This document shows positions 1 to 9,342 of a stretch of 64,000 nt of DNA, piece by piece. The stretch spans positions 1 through 64,000 of the forward strand of contig CAVWLW010000072.1 in the NCBI GenBank assembly GCA_963755715.1. Direction: 5' to 3'. A program made the position numbers and the translations under genes. The notes beneath the pieces were generated by a model that was not told the origin of the DNA, made no database searches, and saw nothing but the letters and a program-made list of their open reading frames with translations. Position 1 is the first letter of the stretch. Each line of letters opens with the position of its first letter. Source of the DNA: an uncultured delta proteobacterium. Its GTDB lineage: Bacteria > Desulfobacterota > Binatia > UBA9968.

Positions 1-1
1 T

Positions 2-511
2 GCGGCGTGCTTGCTGATCTACGCCGCGAGCGTGCTATGTTTCACCTGGGCTCTTCTCAAGCAGAACTGGCGTCTCGTTTTCGCATCCCTTGCTTCGATC
101 ACAATCGCAGTAAGCGTGGTCATGAAGATCACTGTCTTTTCGCCGCTCGCATACGAGCTCACAATGAAGCCTTTTATGTCGCGGGTCCAAGAAAAAATAG
201 ATCCCAAAATGCCGCTTATTTTTTATCGTGGCTTCGATTACGGCGCCGTGTTTTATGCCGGTCGTCATATTCCGCGATACGTGACAGAGGCGCGTAAACT
301 AAAACCGCCCTTTTATCTGCTGATGTGGGAGGAAGACTATCAACCCTTGAGAGACCGCGACGATGTGAAAATTCTCGACGTCAGTGAAGGGCGCGGACCT
401 GCAGGTAGGCATAGACTGGCGCTAGTCGAGTATCGGTCATCTCCAACATCAGTGCCACTACCAGTGCCGGTTTATAAACGCGGAGATCCGGCTGAGAATT
501 ATCGCGATTGA
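2..511 (+). CDS. C-terminal part of a membrane protein, probably ArnT/PMT-like (GT39/GT83) glycosyltransferase; 5' truncated by window
   Basis: Two hydrophobic helices followed by a soluble domain with VFYAGRHIP, typical of ArnT-like C-termini; frame open from window start. Confidence 0.5.
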   Translation, partial: AACLLIYAASVLCFTWALLKQNWRLVFASLASITIAVSVVMKITVFSPLAYELTMKPFMSRVQEKIDPKMPLIFYRGFDYGAVFYAGRHIPRYVTEARKLKPPFYLLMWEEDYQPLRDRDDVKILDVSEGRGPAGRHRLALVEYRSSPTSVPLPVPVYKRGDPAENYRD

Positions 512-568
512 ATCGGCGCGATCATATTAGCGGGCGGATTAAACGATGAACGTTAGAAAAGGGCTTAT

Positions 569-1003
569 CTAACGGCCGATCAGCCCGTCGATCGACAACG
601 CTCCGGCGCCGCCGAACATGACGGCCAGCGCCATTAATAAAAGCGCCAGCGTGTATTCGACACCACTACCCTTGCCGGGTCCTTGAGCGAGAAAAAAACC
701 AGAGCTCCAGTGGCTCAGAAACATGGCAAAGGCGATAAAAACCGCCAAACAAAACGCCACCGGCCTTACCAAGAAACCGAGCGTCATCGAAATCACGGTA
801 GAAAGCTCTATCACCAACGCAAAAACCCCCACCGCAACGGGAATGTGATATTTGTCGCGCCAGTTGGTTACCTGGGCCTTCGGTCCTTTGCCGCCGTGCC
901 AACCAAAGGCATGCTGCGTGCCGTGCATGAAAAATGTCAGCGCTAAACCGAAGCGCAGAAAAACATATGACAATGAATGTTCCGTCTGAAATAGCCAGTC
1001 CAC
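569..1003 (-). CDS. DoxX family membrane protein
   Basis: LRFGLALTFFMHGTQH, GVEYTL and GAGALSID motifs; 4 TM segments; GGAGG RBS upstream. Confidence 0.9.
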   Translation of the reverse strand: MDWLFQTEHSLSYVFLRFGLALTFFMHGTQHAFGWHGGKGPKAQVTNWRDKYHIPVAVGVFALVIELSTVISMTLGFLVRPVAFCLAVFIAFAMFLSHWSSGFFLAQGPGKGSGVEYTLALLLMALAVMFGGAGALSIDGLIGR

Positions 1004-1246
1004 TTTGCCTCCGCGTTGTATGTTGGGTGGGTAACTAGGAAACTGCGTGCGCTAATTTCCACCAGCGTCGACCATAGCAGAAGTCCAATGATCGACGCAA
1101 AATGCTGCGGCGAATAAATCGTCTCTTGACCACTTCACCGGCTCATAATAATCATTTCATGAGCACCTATTCGGACCGTTCGCCACTCGCAGCGAGGCCA
1201 ACGAAAGACAGCGCCGAACGCCGATCACGCGGGGAGGAATTATCGC

Positions 1247-2317
1247 ATGCAAATCATCGACGCCGACGGACATATCAACGATCATGCCTGCGGCGAAGAA
1301 ATCGCCGCGCACATGCCCAAGGGCAATCAGATGGCGAAGCCCTTCCCGGAGTTCGATCATCTGCACTTTCGCTATTTGAAACAAAATCGGCGCGCCACGG
1401 GCAACCCGTCACCGGAGGATTGGAATCAGTTTCTCGACAAGACCGAAATCAGTTGGACGGTTCTTTATCCGACGGCCGGCCTCGCGGTCGGAAGAATTAT
1501 GGCGCCGGAATGGGCGGTGCTGGCATGCAAAGCCTATAACACCTGGCTCTACGAAAAATTTCTAAGCAAGAATTCACGACTCAGAGGTGTCGCTCTCATT
1601 CCCTTTCAAGACATCGACGCGGCGATCAGCGAATTACGCCGCGCGGTAAAAGAGCTTGGCATGCTCGGCGGCATGTTGCCGTCCAACGGCGAGGCGATTC
1701 AAGGACACTTGGGAAACAAGATCTATTGGCCGCTTCTACGAAGAGGCGGAAAAGCTCGGTTGTTGCTCTCGCCGTCCACGTCGGCTGTCTCCATCACATG
1801 GGTCTCGATTCGTTCAGCACTTATTATCCGGCACACGCTCTCGGCCATCCGTTTAGTCTGATGATTCAGGCGTCGGCCATGCTCGCGCACGGCGTATTCG
1901 ATCGCTTTCCCAATCTGCGCGTGGCGTTTCTCGAAGGCGGCGCGACCTGGGTGCCGTTCATGATGGATCGCTTGGATCGTTCCTATCACGACGGCCATAT
2001 GCAGCTTGATTTGAATGGAGATCTGATCGGCGGGCCGAAGCAAGGCGAAAAGGCGAGCGACTATTTTAAAAAACAATTGCGCGACGGCCGGATCTTCGTC
2101 GGCTTCGATTGCGACGACGATGGTCTTAGATACAGCGGTGGCCAAAGGCGGACGGCAGTCGTTTCTGTTCGGCAGCGACTTCCCCCACGAAGTGTTCGAC
2201 GCGGCGAAATGCCGCCACGAGATCGACGAGCTTTTGGAGCGCGATGATCTCACGCAAGCGGACAAGGAAGCCGTATTGGGCGGTAACGCGATGAAATTCT
2301 ACCGGCCGGCGTTGTAA
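1247..2317 (+). CDS. Amidohydrolase_2 family metal-dependent hydrolase/decarboxylase, split by three +1 indels (about 1733, 1764, 2128)
   Basis: IIDADGH, LYPT, AVH, FLEGG, FGSDFPH and LGGNA motifs spread over ORFs 1247-1861, 1726-2247 and 2120-2317; GGAGG RBS. Confidence 0.85.
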
Positions 2318-2331
2318 TCGCTCGCGCGCGC

Positions 2332-4017
2332 CTAATCCAAAGGCTCCAGCTTGATGATCGACGCGCCGTGATTGCTGCCAACCCAGAACGTGACCGGCGT
2401 CGTCGAGTTGTCGACAAATACTCTGCGCACGTTGGTCGATTTAGGCAGAAGATATTCGACAACTGAGCCGGACTTGGTATCGAGCCGCGCGATCCGATCG
2501 CTGAGCATCGATCCGGTCCAGGCTTCGCCGTTTTTGTCGACATGGACGTCGTAAGGATTAGACCACGGCGTCGGCATCGCCCACTCCTGAAATTTTTCGC
2601 TCTTGGTGTCAAACATGCCGATCTTGTTGCCGCGATACTCACCGAACCAAATCCGGTCCTGCTCATCCATCATGCCGCGACGCGGCCCTGAGCCTTTGGT
2701 CGGTGTCTCGTACATCGTGAGCTTGCCGCTCTTCGCATCGATCCTGCCGATGTGCTCCTTGCCGATGTCGGTGAAATAGGCGTTGTTCTGCGAGTCGGCG
2801 ATGACATCGTAGATATTATGCCCTCTCGGTGAATCCTTGAACGGCTCCCATGTTTCCCATTTACCGGACTTTAGATCCACGCGGTGCACGCCCGCGAAGC
2901 CGTTGTTTTGTGTCCACAGCTTGCCGTCCACCGTGTAGTTCATCGGGCTCGTCATATTAATCTGTGTATTGTCTTTGTTCAGTTCGGCGGGAATGGTCCA
3001 GACCTGGAATTTCTCCGTCTTGCGATCGAATTTCGCGACGCTCGCCTGATACATCATGCCGAGCCACAAGTTGCCGTCCTTGTCGGAACGGATGGAAAGC
3101 GCGCCGGTCGGCGAACCTTTCTTTGGCTCGGGCACGGGGTATTCCGTCACCTTGCCGGTTTTGGGATCGAGCTTTCCAAGCGTCTGCTCGCCAAAATTGG
3201 AATACCAAGCCATGCCGTCGACGTCGACGATCACATCGTGCGGCTCGACTGTCGGGCGCGGCAAGTCGTACTCCGTGATGATGACCCGCGTTGCTTTACC
3301 CCTTGGCCGAGGTAAGGTCTTGAGCGGAAACTGCCACGCGGAGGTGGTGCTCAAATTGATCGTGCTCAACCATTCGGCTTGCGCGCGCTGAACGCGTGCT
3401 TGATCCTCGCCGACTAACGCCGTGTCGCGCGCGCCGAGCCGCAATTGCGGGCGCAACGGCGTGCTCTGATTTGCGTAACTTGCCATGCGCGGAAGAATTG
3501 CCTGCATAAAACCCGTGGTATCATACTTGGAGCGCACGATTCGCTCCACGGTATGGCAGCCAACGCAGCTGAGCAGCGTGCTTTTTTGTTGCTGCGTGCC
3601 GGGGACGCTGGCCAGCCATTCCGCGTTCGTCAATTGCGTCGCGAGATCCTGAGTCTTGCGCAGCGTGAGATCGGCATTGACGCTTTTGTCCGCGGAAACC
3701 TCGATCACGCTTGAACCAATCAACTCATAGCCGATGGCACGGATAAACAATGAATACTGGCCAGGCTCAAGTTTCTTCGCCGGAAAACTGTAACGCCCCT
3801 TGTCATCGCTCACCACGGTGATCGTTACCGTCAAACCGGATTTCTTTGCGCTCACCAGCACACCTTCCATTGGCCCCTCGTCAGTGGACAATATCTGCCC
3901 GGTCAGCGCTACAGCCGTTTGCGCTGCGGCAGGGTGTGGATCGTAGCCCGTTTGAAAGAGAAAGAGGTTGACCGCGAGACCCGCGATTACCAATCGCAAC
4001 AGATATTTGAATTGCAT
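2332..4017 (-). CDS. Secreted protein: carboxypeptidase-regulatory-like Ig domain + CxxCH heme c motif + Vgb-like beta-propeller
   Basis: Signal peptide, VVSDDKGRYSF Ig-like domain, SCVGCH, repeated D-x-x-G-x-x-W propeller blades. Confidence 0.75.
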   Translation of the reverse strand: MQFKYLLRLVIAGLAVNLFLFQTGYDPHPAAAQTAVALTGQILSTDEGPMEGVLVSAKKSGLTVTITVVSDDKGRYSFPAKKLEPGQYSLFIRAIGYELIGSSVIEVSADKSVNADLTLRKTQDLATQLTNAEWLASVPGTQQQKSTLLSCVGCHTVERIVRSKYDTTGFMQAILPRMASYANQSTPLRPQLRLGARDTALVGEDQARVQRAQAEWLSTINLSTTSAWQFPLKTLPRPRGKATRVIITEYDLPRPTVEPHDVIVDVDGMAWYSNFGEQTLGKLDPKTGKVTEYPVPEPKKGSPTGALSIRSDKDGNLWLGMMYQASVAKFDRKTEKFQVWTIPAELNKDNTQINMTSPMNYTVDGKLWTQNNGFAGVHRVDLKSGKWETWEPFKDSPRGHNIYDVIADSQNNAYFTDIGKEHIGRIDAKSGKLTMYETPTKGSGPRRGMMDEQDRIWFGEYRGNKIGMFDTKSEKFQEWAMPTPWSNPYDVHVDKNGEAWTGSMLSDRIARLDTKSGSVVEYLLPKSTNVRRVFVDNSTTPVTFWVGSNHGASIIKLEPLD

Positions 4018-4090
4018 CGGTACTCCCTCCTGCTACGAAATTTTGCTCTCGCGACCGCTATCCGGCGCGATCGGCCGTGCAGTGTTTTCC

Positions 4091-5599
4091 TTATCCCACA
4101 CCTTCGACAAACGCTTCTTCGCGCGTCTTGCTGAACACCGGAATCAATACCGAGCACATGGCGAGCGCAGCCAGCGCGAGCAGCGTCGCGCTGATGGGGC
4201 GCTGGACGAAAACCCACGGGTTACCGCGCGAGAGCAGCATGGCCCGGCGCAGGTATTCTTCCATCAACGGCCCTAGGATGAATGCGAGCAACATCGGCGC
4301 CGGCTCGCCGCCGAGCTTGGAAAGAAGATAGCCGAGGGCGCCGAACAGTGCCATGAAGTAGATATCGAATTCGGTATTTTTGAGGCTGAAGACACCAATA
4401 GCGCAGAAAACCAGAATTCCCGGATACAAAAATTGATAGGGTATCATAATCATCCGCACCCACATGCCGATGAGCGGATAATTGAGGATGACTAGAAATA
4501 AATTGCCGATCCACATCGACACGATCATGCCCCAAAAGAGCGCCGGCTGTTCCGTAATGACCGACGGTCCCGGTTGAATCCCGTGGACAATCATCGCTCC
4601 GACCATCAGCGCGCTGACCGGGTTCGACGGAATCCCCAAGGTAAGCAAGGGAATAAAAGATGTTTGAGCGCCGGCGTTGTTGGCCGCTTCCGGTGCGGCA
4701 ACGCCCTCGATCGCGCCTTTGCCAAACTGGGCGCGATTCTTCGAGACCTTCTTTTCGATGGAGTAGGCGGCGAACGAGCCGAGAATGGAACCGCTGCCGG
4801 GAAGAATCCCCAACGCAGATCCGATAATGGTGCCGCGCAGAATCGGCGCGACCATGCGTTTGAAATCCTCCTTCGTCGGCCACAGACCGGTGATCTTCGT
4901 GATCATCACCGAGCGCTCTTCTTCGTCTTGCAAGTTGCGTATGATTTCACCCAATCCGAACATTCCCATAGCAACGGTGACGAAACCGATGCCGTCGGCA
5001 AGTTCAAAAATCCCGAAGGTAAAGCGTTGCGTGCCGGAATTTACATCGGTGCCAATGAGACCCAACAGCAGCCCGAGAACCACCATGCCAATAGCATGGA
5101 GTAACGAACCCTGCGCGAGCACGACCGATGCCACCAGGCCCAGGATCATCAGCGAAAAAAATTCCGCCGGCCCGAATTTGAGCGCCACGGCGGCGAGGGG
5201 TGGACCGAAAGCCGCGATTAGAAATGTCGCAACCGTGCCTGCGAAGAATGAGCCGATGGCCGAAGCCGCGAGCGCTGGGCCCGCCCTTCCCTGTTTCGCC
5301 ATTTGATAGCCGTCAAGAGTCGTAACCACGGACGCCGCTTCGCCCGGTAAATTGACGAGGATGGAAGTCGTGGAACCGCCGTACTGCGATCCATAATAGA
5401 TTCCCGCGAGCATGATGAGAGCCGTGACCGGCGGCAAGACGAACGTGACTGGCAACAACATGGCGATCGTCGCCGTGGGCCCGAGGCCCGGCAAGACACC
5501 GATCGCGGTTCCGAGAAACACGCCAATGAAACAGTAAAACAAATTCGCGAGAGTCGCGGCCGTTTGTAACCCCAGAGCAAGATGACTCAGTAATTCCAC
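4091..5599 (-). CDS. tctA: Tripartite tricarboxylate transporter large permease TctA
   Basis: GVLPGLG, YYGSQYGGS, PGE, APEAANNA and LTLGIP signatures; 502 aa polytopic membrane protein. Confidence 0.95.
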   Translation of the reverse strand: MELLSHLALGLQTAATLANLFYCFIGVFLGTAIGVLPGLGPTATIAMLLPVTFVLPPVTALIMLAGIYYGSQYGGSTTSILVNLPGEAASVVTTLDGYQMAKQGRAGPALAASAIGSFFAGTVATFLIAAFGPPLAAVALKFGPAEFFSLMILGLVASVVLAQGSLLHAIGMVVLGLLLGLIGTDVNSGTQRFTFGIFELADGIGFVTVAMGMFGLGEIIRNLQDEEERSVMITKITGLWPTKEDFKRMVAPILRGTIIGSALGILPGSGSILGSFAAYSIEKKVSKNRAQFGKGAIEGVAAPEAANNAGAQTSFIPLLTLGIPSNPVSALMVGAMIVHGIQPGPSVITEQPALFWGMIVSMWIGNLFLVILNYPLIGMWVRMIMIPYQFLYPGILVFCAIGVFSLKNTEFDIYFMALFGALGYLLSKLGGEPAPMLLAFILGPLMEEYLRRAMLLSRGNPWVFVQRPISATLLALAALAMCSVLIPVFSKTREEAFVEGVG

Positions 5600-5630
5600 C
5601 GGGATGGCCCTCGTTCTCAGTACACTTAGT

Positions 5631-6083
5631 TTAACCGCCGAGCCACGGACCGATGATCGGCAGCGGGATGCCCAAACCTTTCAGAAACACGAAGACACAG
5701 AAGATAGTCAGCCCCGCCGCGATCAGGAGCGTCGGACGCCAGCTAAATCGCGTGCTGCCGTAGGCGCTGACGATAATGAGCAACGGCAAAGCAATCGCCA
5801 CGCCCAAACCACGCACGACAAACCCAAAAACAACAACCGAAACGGTAACCAGGACGAGTCCCTTGATCGCGAACGCGCCGATCGCAGGGCCCGGTATGAC
5901 AAAAGATCGAATCACTGAAATTACGCCGATGGCCAAGAGCAAGCCGCCGAGAATGGTGGGAAAATAAGCCGGCCCCATCTTGATCGCCGTTCCCATGCTA
6001 TAGTCACGAGCGATCAGAATCGCGCTTGAGCCGAAAAAAATGTAGATCAGCCCGGTCCAGAAATCTTTCGCGTTGCGCATCAT
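5631..6083 (-). CDS. tctB: Tripartite tricarboxylate transporter small subunit TctB
   Basis: MGPAYFP motif, 4-5 TM segments, C-terminal LGIPLP; directly upstream of tctA. Confidence 0.92.
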   Translation of the reverse strand: MMRNAKDFWTGLIYIFFGSSAILIARDYSMGTAIKMGPAYFPTILGGLLLAIGVISVIRSFVIPGPAIGAFAIKGLVLVTVSVVVFGFVVRGLGVAIALPLLIIVSAYGSTRFSWRPTLLIAAGLTIFCVFVFLKGLGIPLPIIGPWLGG

Positions 6084-6116
6084 GACCCCGCAGACCTACC
6101 TGTCCTTTTTTTTCTC

Positions 6117-6629
6117 TCAATTCATCTTGTCGGGAAATTGCACGTACGGTTGTGGCGGAACCTTGTCGGGCGGCACGAAGTTCGGTGCAGGCTTACCCGC
6201 GGGGCCGAGCGAACGTATGTACTTGTACATCGAGCGCACATCAGCCTCCGACATTGCATTCAGTGAGAAATACGGCATGGGAGGACGTCGCTGGATCTCC
6301 TTAGCCACCTGAACCCATTGCGCTTCAGTGATTTCCTGAAAGTAGAGCCGCAAGTTAGTCGGATAAGTCGTACCCCACGGTCCACGCCAGCCCGTTACGC
6401 CGCCGGTCAGCCAGTCCTTTTCAGGAGTTTTGCCGCCGTTCAACAGGAAACCCGGCGTGTGGCAATCATTGCAGCCCGAGATCGCGACGACATAACGACC
6501 GCGCTCGGTCTCCTTGTCAGTAGCGGTTTTGGCACTTGATCTTGCCGGCGCGTCTGCAGCGATTGATGCTGCACAGAATGCGGCCCACGCGAAGGCCGCA
6601 ACGATCCGAAAGATACTTCTTGTTCCCAT
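6117..6629 (-). CDS. Periplasmic monoheme cytochrome c
   Basis: Signal peptide, RGRY..GCNDCHTPG, GPWGTTYPTNL, PPMP distal Met, YIRSL. Confidence 0.9.
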   Translation of the reverse strand: MGTRSIFRIVAAFAWAAFCAASIAADAPARSSAKTATDKETERGRYVVAISGCNDCHTPGFLLNGGKTPEKDWLTGGVTGWRGPWGTTYPTNLRLYFQEITEAQWVQVAKEIQRRPPMPYFSLNAMSEADVRSMYKYIRSLGPAGKPAPNFVPPDKVPPQPYVQFPDKMN

Positions 6630-7324
6630 CTAAATCCTCCGTTATTAGTTATTGGCACCTCCAAAAACAATAAACATATTGACCGCCTAATCAGGCTGGC
6701 GGCGGAATTTTCTATGACGGCGATGTTGACATCTCGCCATTCCATTTTGTGCTTGTATACGATCGCGTTCGAGAAAAACTATGTGGTGAATTTTCGGAGA
6801 ACAATAGAGCCGTGACCACCGTCGACCTTCAAGCCGTTTTTAATCGCACCTGGGTAATCGTTGGACGCGTTTTACACCAAGTGATAAGAGCTTGTCCAGC
6901 GCTATAGTTCTTTCGACAAGCGCCGTTCTCATGCCAGTGATTCGCATTCACTTTCAGTGTCTAACCAAAGCTACCTTTCCGGAAAACTCGAAGAGAAAAA
7001 TTGATTGGATTAGCCAGAAGCGAACAAGGGAACCGTGCAGTCGCCTTGGTTCACCGGCCGCGGGGTCGGTTTATCGCATTACCTGTTCTAAGCAGCTTGC
7101 AACCTAAAACGATACCTAAATCTACTGGCTTTCCAGATGAGACGAACGGCTCTTAGCCCACTCAACGGTGAGGCGCGAGGCAGTTTTCCAGGCTGTCACG
7201 CATCCGCAGTTAAAATTTTCTCAATCGGTCGCATGATACTCGCATCAGCAGCATTTTATAACGCCCATCACAAATCAAAATGAGGGGTTCTTCAGCAGAA
7301 TCTCTAACTATTCGAGACCCGCGA

Positions 7325-8299
7325 TTAGTCAGCATAGACACCGGCCTTCTTGATGATCGGGCTCCACTTATCGATCTCGGCTTTGAGGAAGGCACGCAGT
7401 GCCGCCGGCGTGGCGCGGTTTTCGGCGACGGGTTCGGTGCCTAGTTCCGCGAAGCGCTGCTTCACGTTATCGTCCTTTAACGCCACATGAAGAGCATTGG
7501 TCAGCTTGTCGATCACCGGCTTCGGAGTGCCTTTCGGCGCGTAAAGACCATGCCAGACTGATACCTCGAAGCCCTTCAACCCAGCCTCGTCCATGGTCGG
7601 TACATTGGGCAGCGAAGCGACGCGCTTCCGAGTCGTCACGCCGTAGACCTTGATCTTTTCGGCTTTGATCTGACTGGTCGTGTTCGTCGTCTGATCGCAC
7701 ATGAAGTCCACCTGGCCGCCCAGCAAATCGTTCATGGCCGGGGCCGTGCCGTTGTAAGGAACGGTGGTGACGTCTGTCTGGATCGCGGTCATGAACAGCA
7801 TGCCGCACAGATGCGAGGCGGCGCCGAGGCCGGCGTTGGCGTAATTGACCTTGTCCTTGTTGGCTTTGACATAGGCGATCAGTTCCTTGAGATCCTTGGC
7901 CGGAAAGTCCTTCTTCGCCACAAGCGTCATCGGTACTTCGTTGATCAGGCCAATGGGCTCGAAATCGTTTATTGCATCGTAGGGCAGCTTTCGATACAGA
8001 GCCGGGGCGGTGGACATGCCGATGTGATGTATAAGAATCGTGTAGCCGTCAGGTGCCGCCTTGGCCACTCGATTGGCTGCGATCGTCCCACCCGCGCCTC
8101 CGACATTCTCGACGATCACCTGCTGTTTGAGCGTCTTGCTCATCGGCCCGGCGATCAATCGCGCCACAGTATCCGTCGGTCCCCCGGCCGCAAAAGGCAC
8201 CACCATAGTGATTACCTTTGTGGGATAATCTTGGGCGCGACTCGGTGACGCCGTAAGAAAGGCCAAACATACGAATAGTCCATGGATAATTTTTGTCAT
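7325..8299 (-). CDS. tctC: TctC/Bug tripartite tricarboxylate transporter substrate-binding protein
   Basis: VPFAAGGPTD, ENVGGAGG, PDGYT, VPYNG and PTMDEAG signatures; signal peptide; AGGAGG RBS. Confidence 0.93.
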   Translation of the reverse strand: MTKIIHGLFVCLAFLTASPSRAQDYPTKVITMVVPFAAGGPTDTVARLIAGPMSKTLKQQVIVENVGGAGGTIAANRVAKAAPDGYTILIHHIGMSTAPALYRKLPYDAINDFEPIGLINEVPMTLVAKKDFPAKDLKELIAYVKANKDKVNYANAGLGAASHLCGMLFMTAIQTDVTTVPYNGTAPAMNDLLGGQVDFMCDQTTNTTSQIKAEKIKVYGVTTRKRVASLPNVPTMDEAGLKGFEVSVWHGLYAPKGTPKPVIDKLTNALHVALKDDNVKQRFAELGTEPVAENRATPAALRAFLKAEIDKWSPIIKKAGVYAD

Positions 8300-8404
8300 A
8301 CCGCCTCCTATTATTAAGGACTATAGACAGAGCTCTCTCTCCACTCAATGGCCAGGCCATGTGCATTAGCGACTTTAATCTCCAGCGCCGAACCAGGAAC
8401 AACC

Positions 8405-8530
8405 GAGATGGGGCGCGAGGTAATCGCCAAGCGTGCCCAGACCGAGCACCAGCAGGGACCTCGTGCCGAGGCGGCCGAGATCCGCTTCAAGCTCGCCAAG
8501 TTCGAAGGCATTTATAACGCCTACAATTAG
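8405..8530 (+). pseudogene. Probable gene remnant; C-terminus loosely resembles heme-oxygenase-like TenA/PqqC proteins
   Basis: Strong GC3 codon bias over about 40 codons (EMGREVIAKRAQTEHQQ...FEGIYNAYN) with no RBS or N-terminus; family call is weak. Confidence 0.25.
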
Positions 8531-8776
8531 TGGAATTACAATCATCCGGTGTCTTGAGCGAGCGCGAGACCCGAGATACTCGACTGTAAACGCAGGTCCT
8601 TAAAAGCCAACGTGAACCTCTTTCTTCCATCTGTTCAATCGCCTAATTGCGCTCTGCTGGCAATTTTGACCGAACGTTTATAGGTCGCCCCCCACCGGAC
8701 TCCCGTGCCTCCACCGGTCAGGCGAATTTTCCTGACAATCAATGACAAGCGGTACTGATAAGCGATTTTTGCCCCT

Positions 8777-8791
8777 CGGCACGTCTCATGC
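8777..8791 (+). promoter_or_regulatory. Putative sigma54 (-24/-12) promoter
   Basis: CGGCACGTCTCATGC, GG-N10-GC spacing, close to TGGCACG-N4-TTGC, just upstream of small ORF. Confidence 0.45.
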
Positions 8792-8823
8792 TTTTGAGAG
8801 ATAGCCGACGGGGAACAAATGGC

Positions 8824-9138
8824 ATGATTAAAAAGCAAGAAAAGGCTAACTCAGAATCGAGCGCTCAGATAGATGACGGTGACAATATGCTACTCGATTA
8901 TCTCGATCGTCTAACAAAAGGGAAAGAAGGAGAAACGGAGATGAAAGCGACGGACTCAGATCAGGAAAGACCCAGCTACTGGCAACTGGTATTTTTGCAG
9001 AGCAAAGTAAACGGCGCGGCTTACACCGGCGAAGAGCTTCCGGGCCGCAATTGGGATTGGCCGAAAAATACTTATTTGCAACGCCGCTTGCGACGCCATA
9101 AATTTCTGCGCCCTTCGGAGAACTTCAAACTGAATTAG
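8824..9138 (+). CDS. Small hypothetical protein (alternative start ATG 8941 with GAAGGAG/GGAG RBS)
   Basis: ORF between sigma54-like promoter and strong terminator; no recognised family. Confidence 0.5.
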   Translation: MIKKQEKANSESSAQIDDGDNMLLDYLDRLTKGKEGETEMKATDSDQERPSYWQLVFLQSKVNGAAYTGEELPGRNWDWPKNTYLQRRLRRHKFLRPSENFKLN

Positions 9139-9141
9139 TGT

Positions 9142-9257
9142 GCCGCTTCCCGCGCTGCCTCCTTCAGCACAGCTCCCACGGGAATAGCGGCCGCCACTGA
9201 GCCCCCCGTCACGTTCAGTGGCAAGAGGCCAGACTCGCCAGAGTCTGGCCTCTTTTT
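9142..9257 (+). ncRNA. Structured 3' UTR / candidate sRNA with C-rich loops
   Basis: Stem GCCGCT-TCCCG/CGGGA-AT-AGCGGC enclosing GCTG-CCTCCTT-CAGC; stem GCCACTGA/TCAGTGGC with CCCCCCGTC loop; then terminator. Confidence 0.45.
9223..9257 (+). terminator. Rho-independent terminator
   Basis: Perfect 14-bp stem AAGAGGCCAGACTC-GCCA-GAGTCTGGCCTCTT followed by T run. Confidence 0.88.
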
Positions 9258-9342
9258 ATCACCGGGATTATCCGCTTGGCCTTAGCGCGACGGTTGCCGC
9301 ACTAAATTTACCGGGCGCTACGAGAATTCGCCGAGAGCGCCA

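Noticed and set aside
1141-1164. Fur-box-like AT-rich site within GCTCAT/ATGAGC inverted repeat upstream of amidohydrolase
   Set aside because: Only partial match, overlaps probable -10 region, and no iron-related target
8345-8361. Possible sigma54 promoter for tctC on minus strand (TGGCCTGGCCATTGA)
   Set aside because: -12 element is GA rather than GC and site is itself a short palindrome; too weak to call
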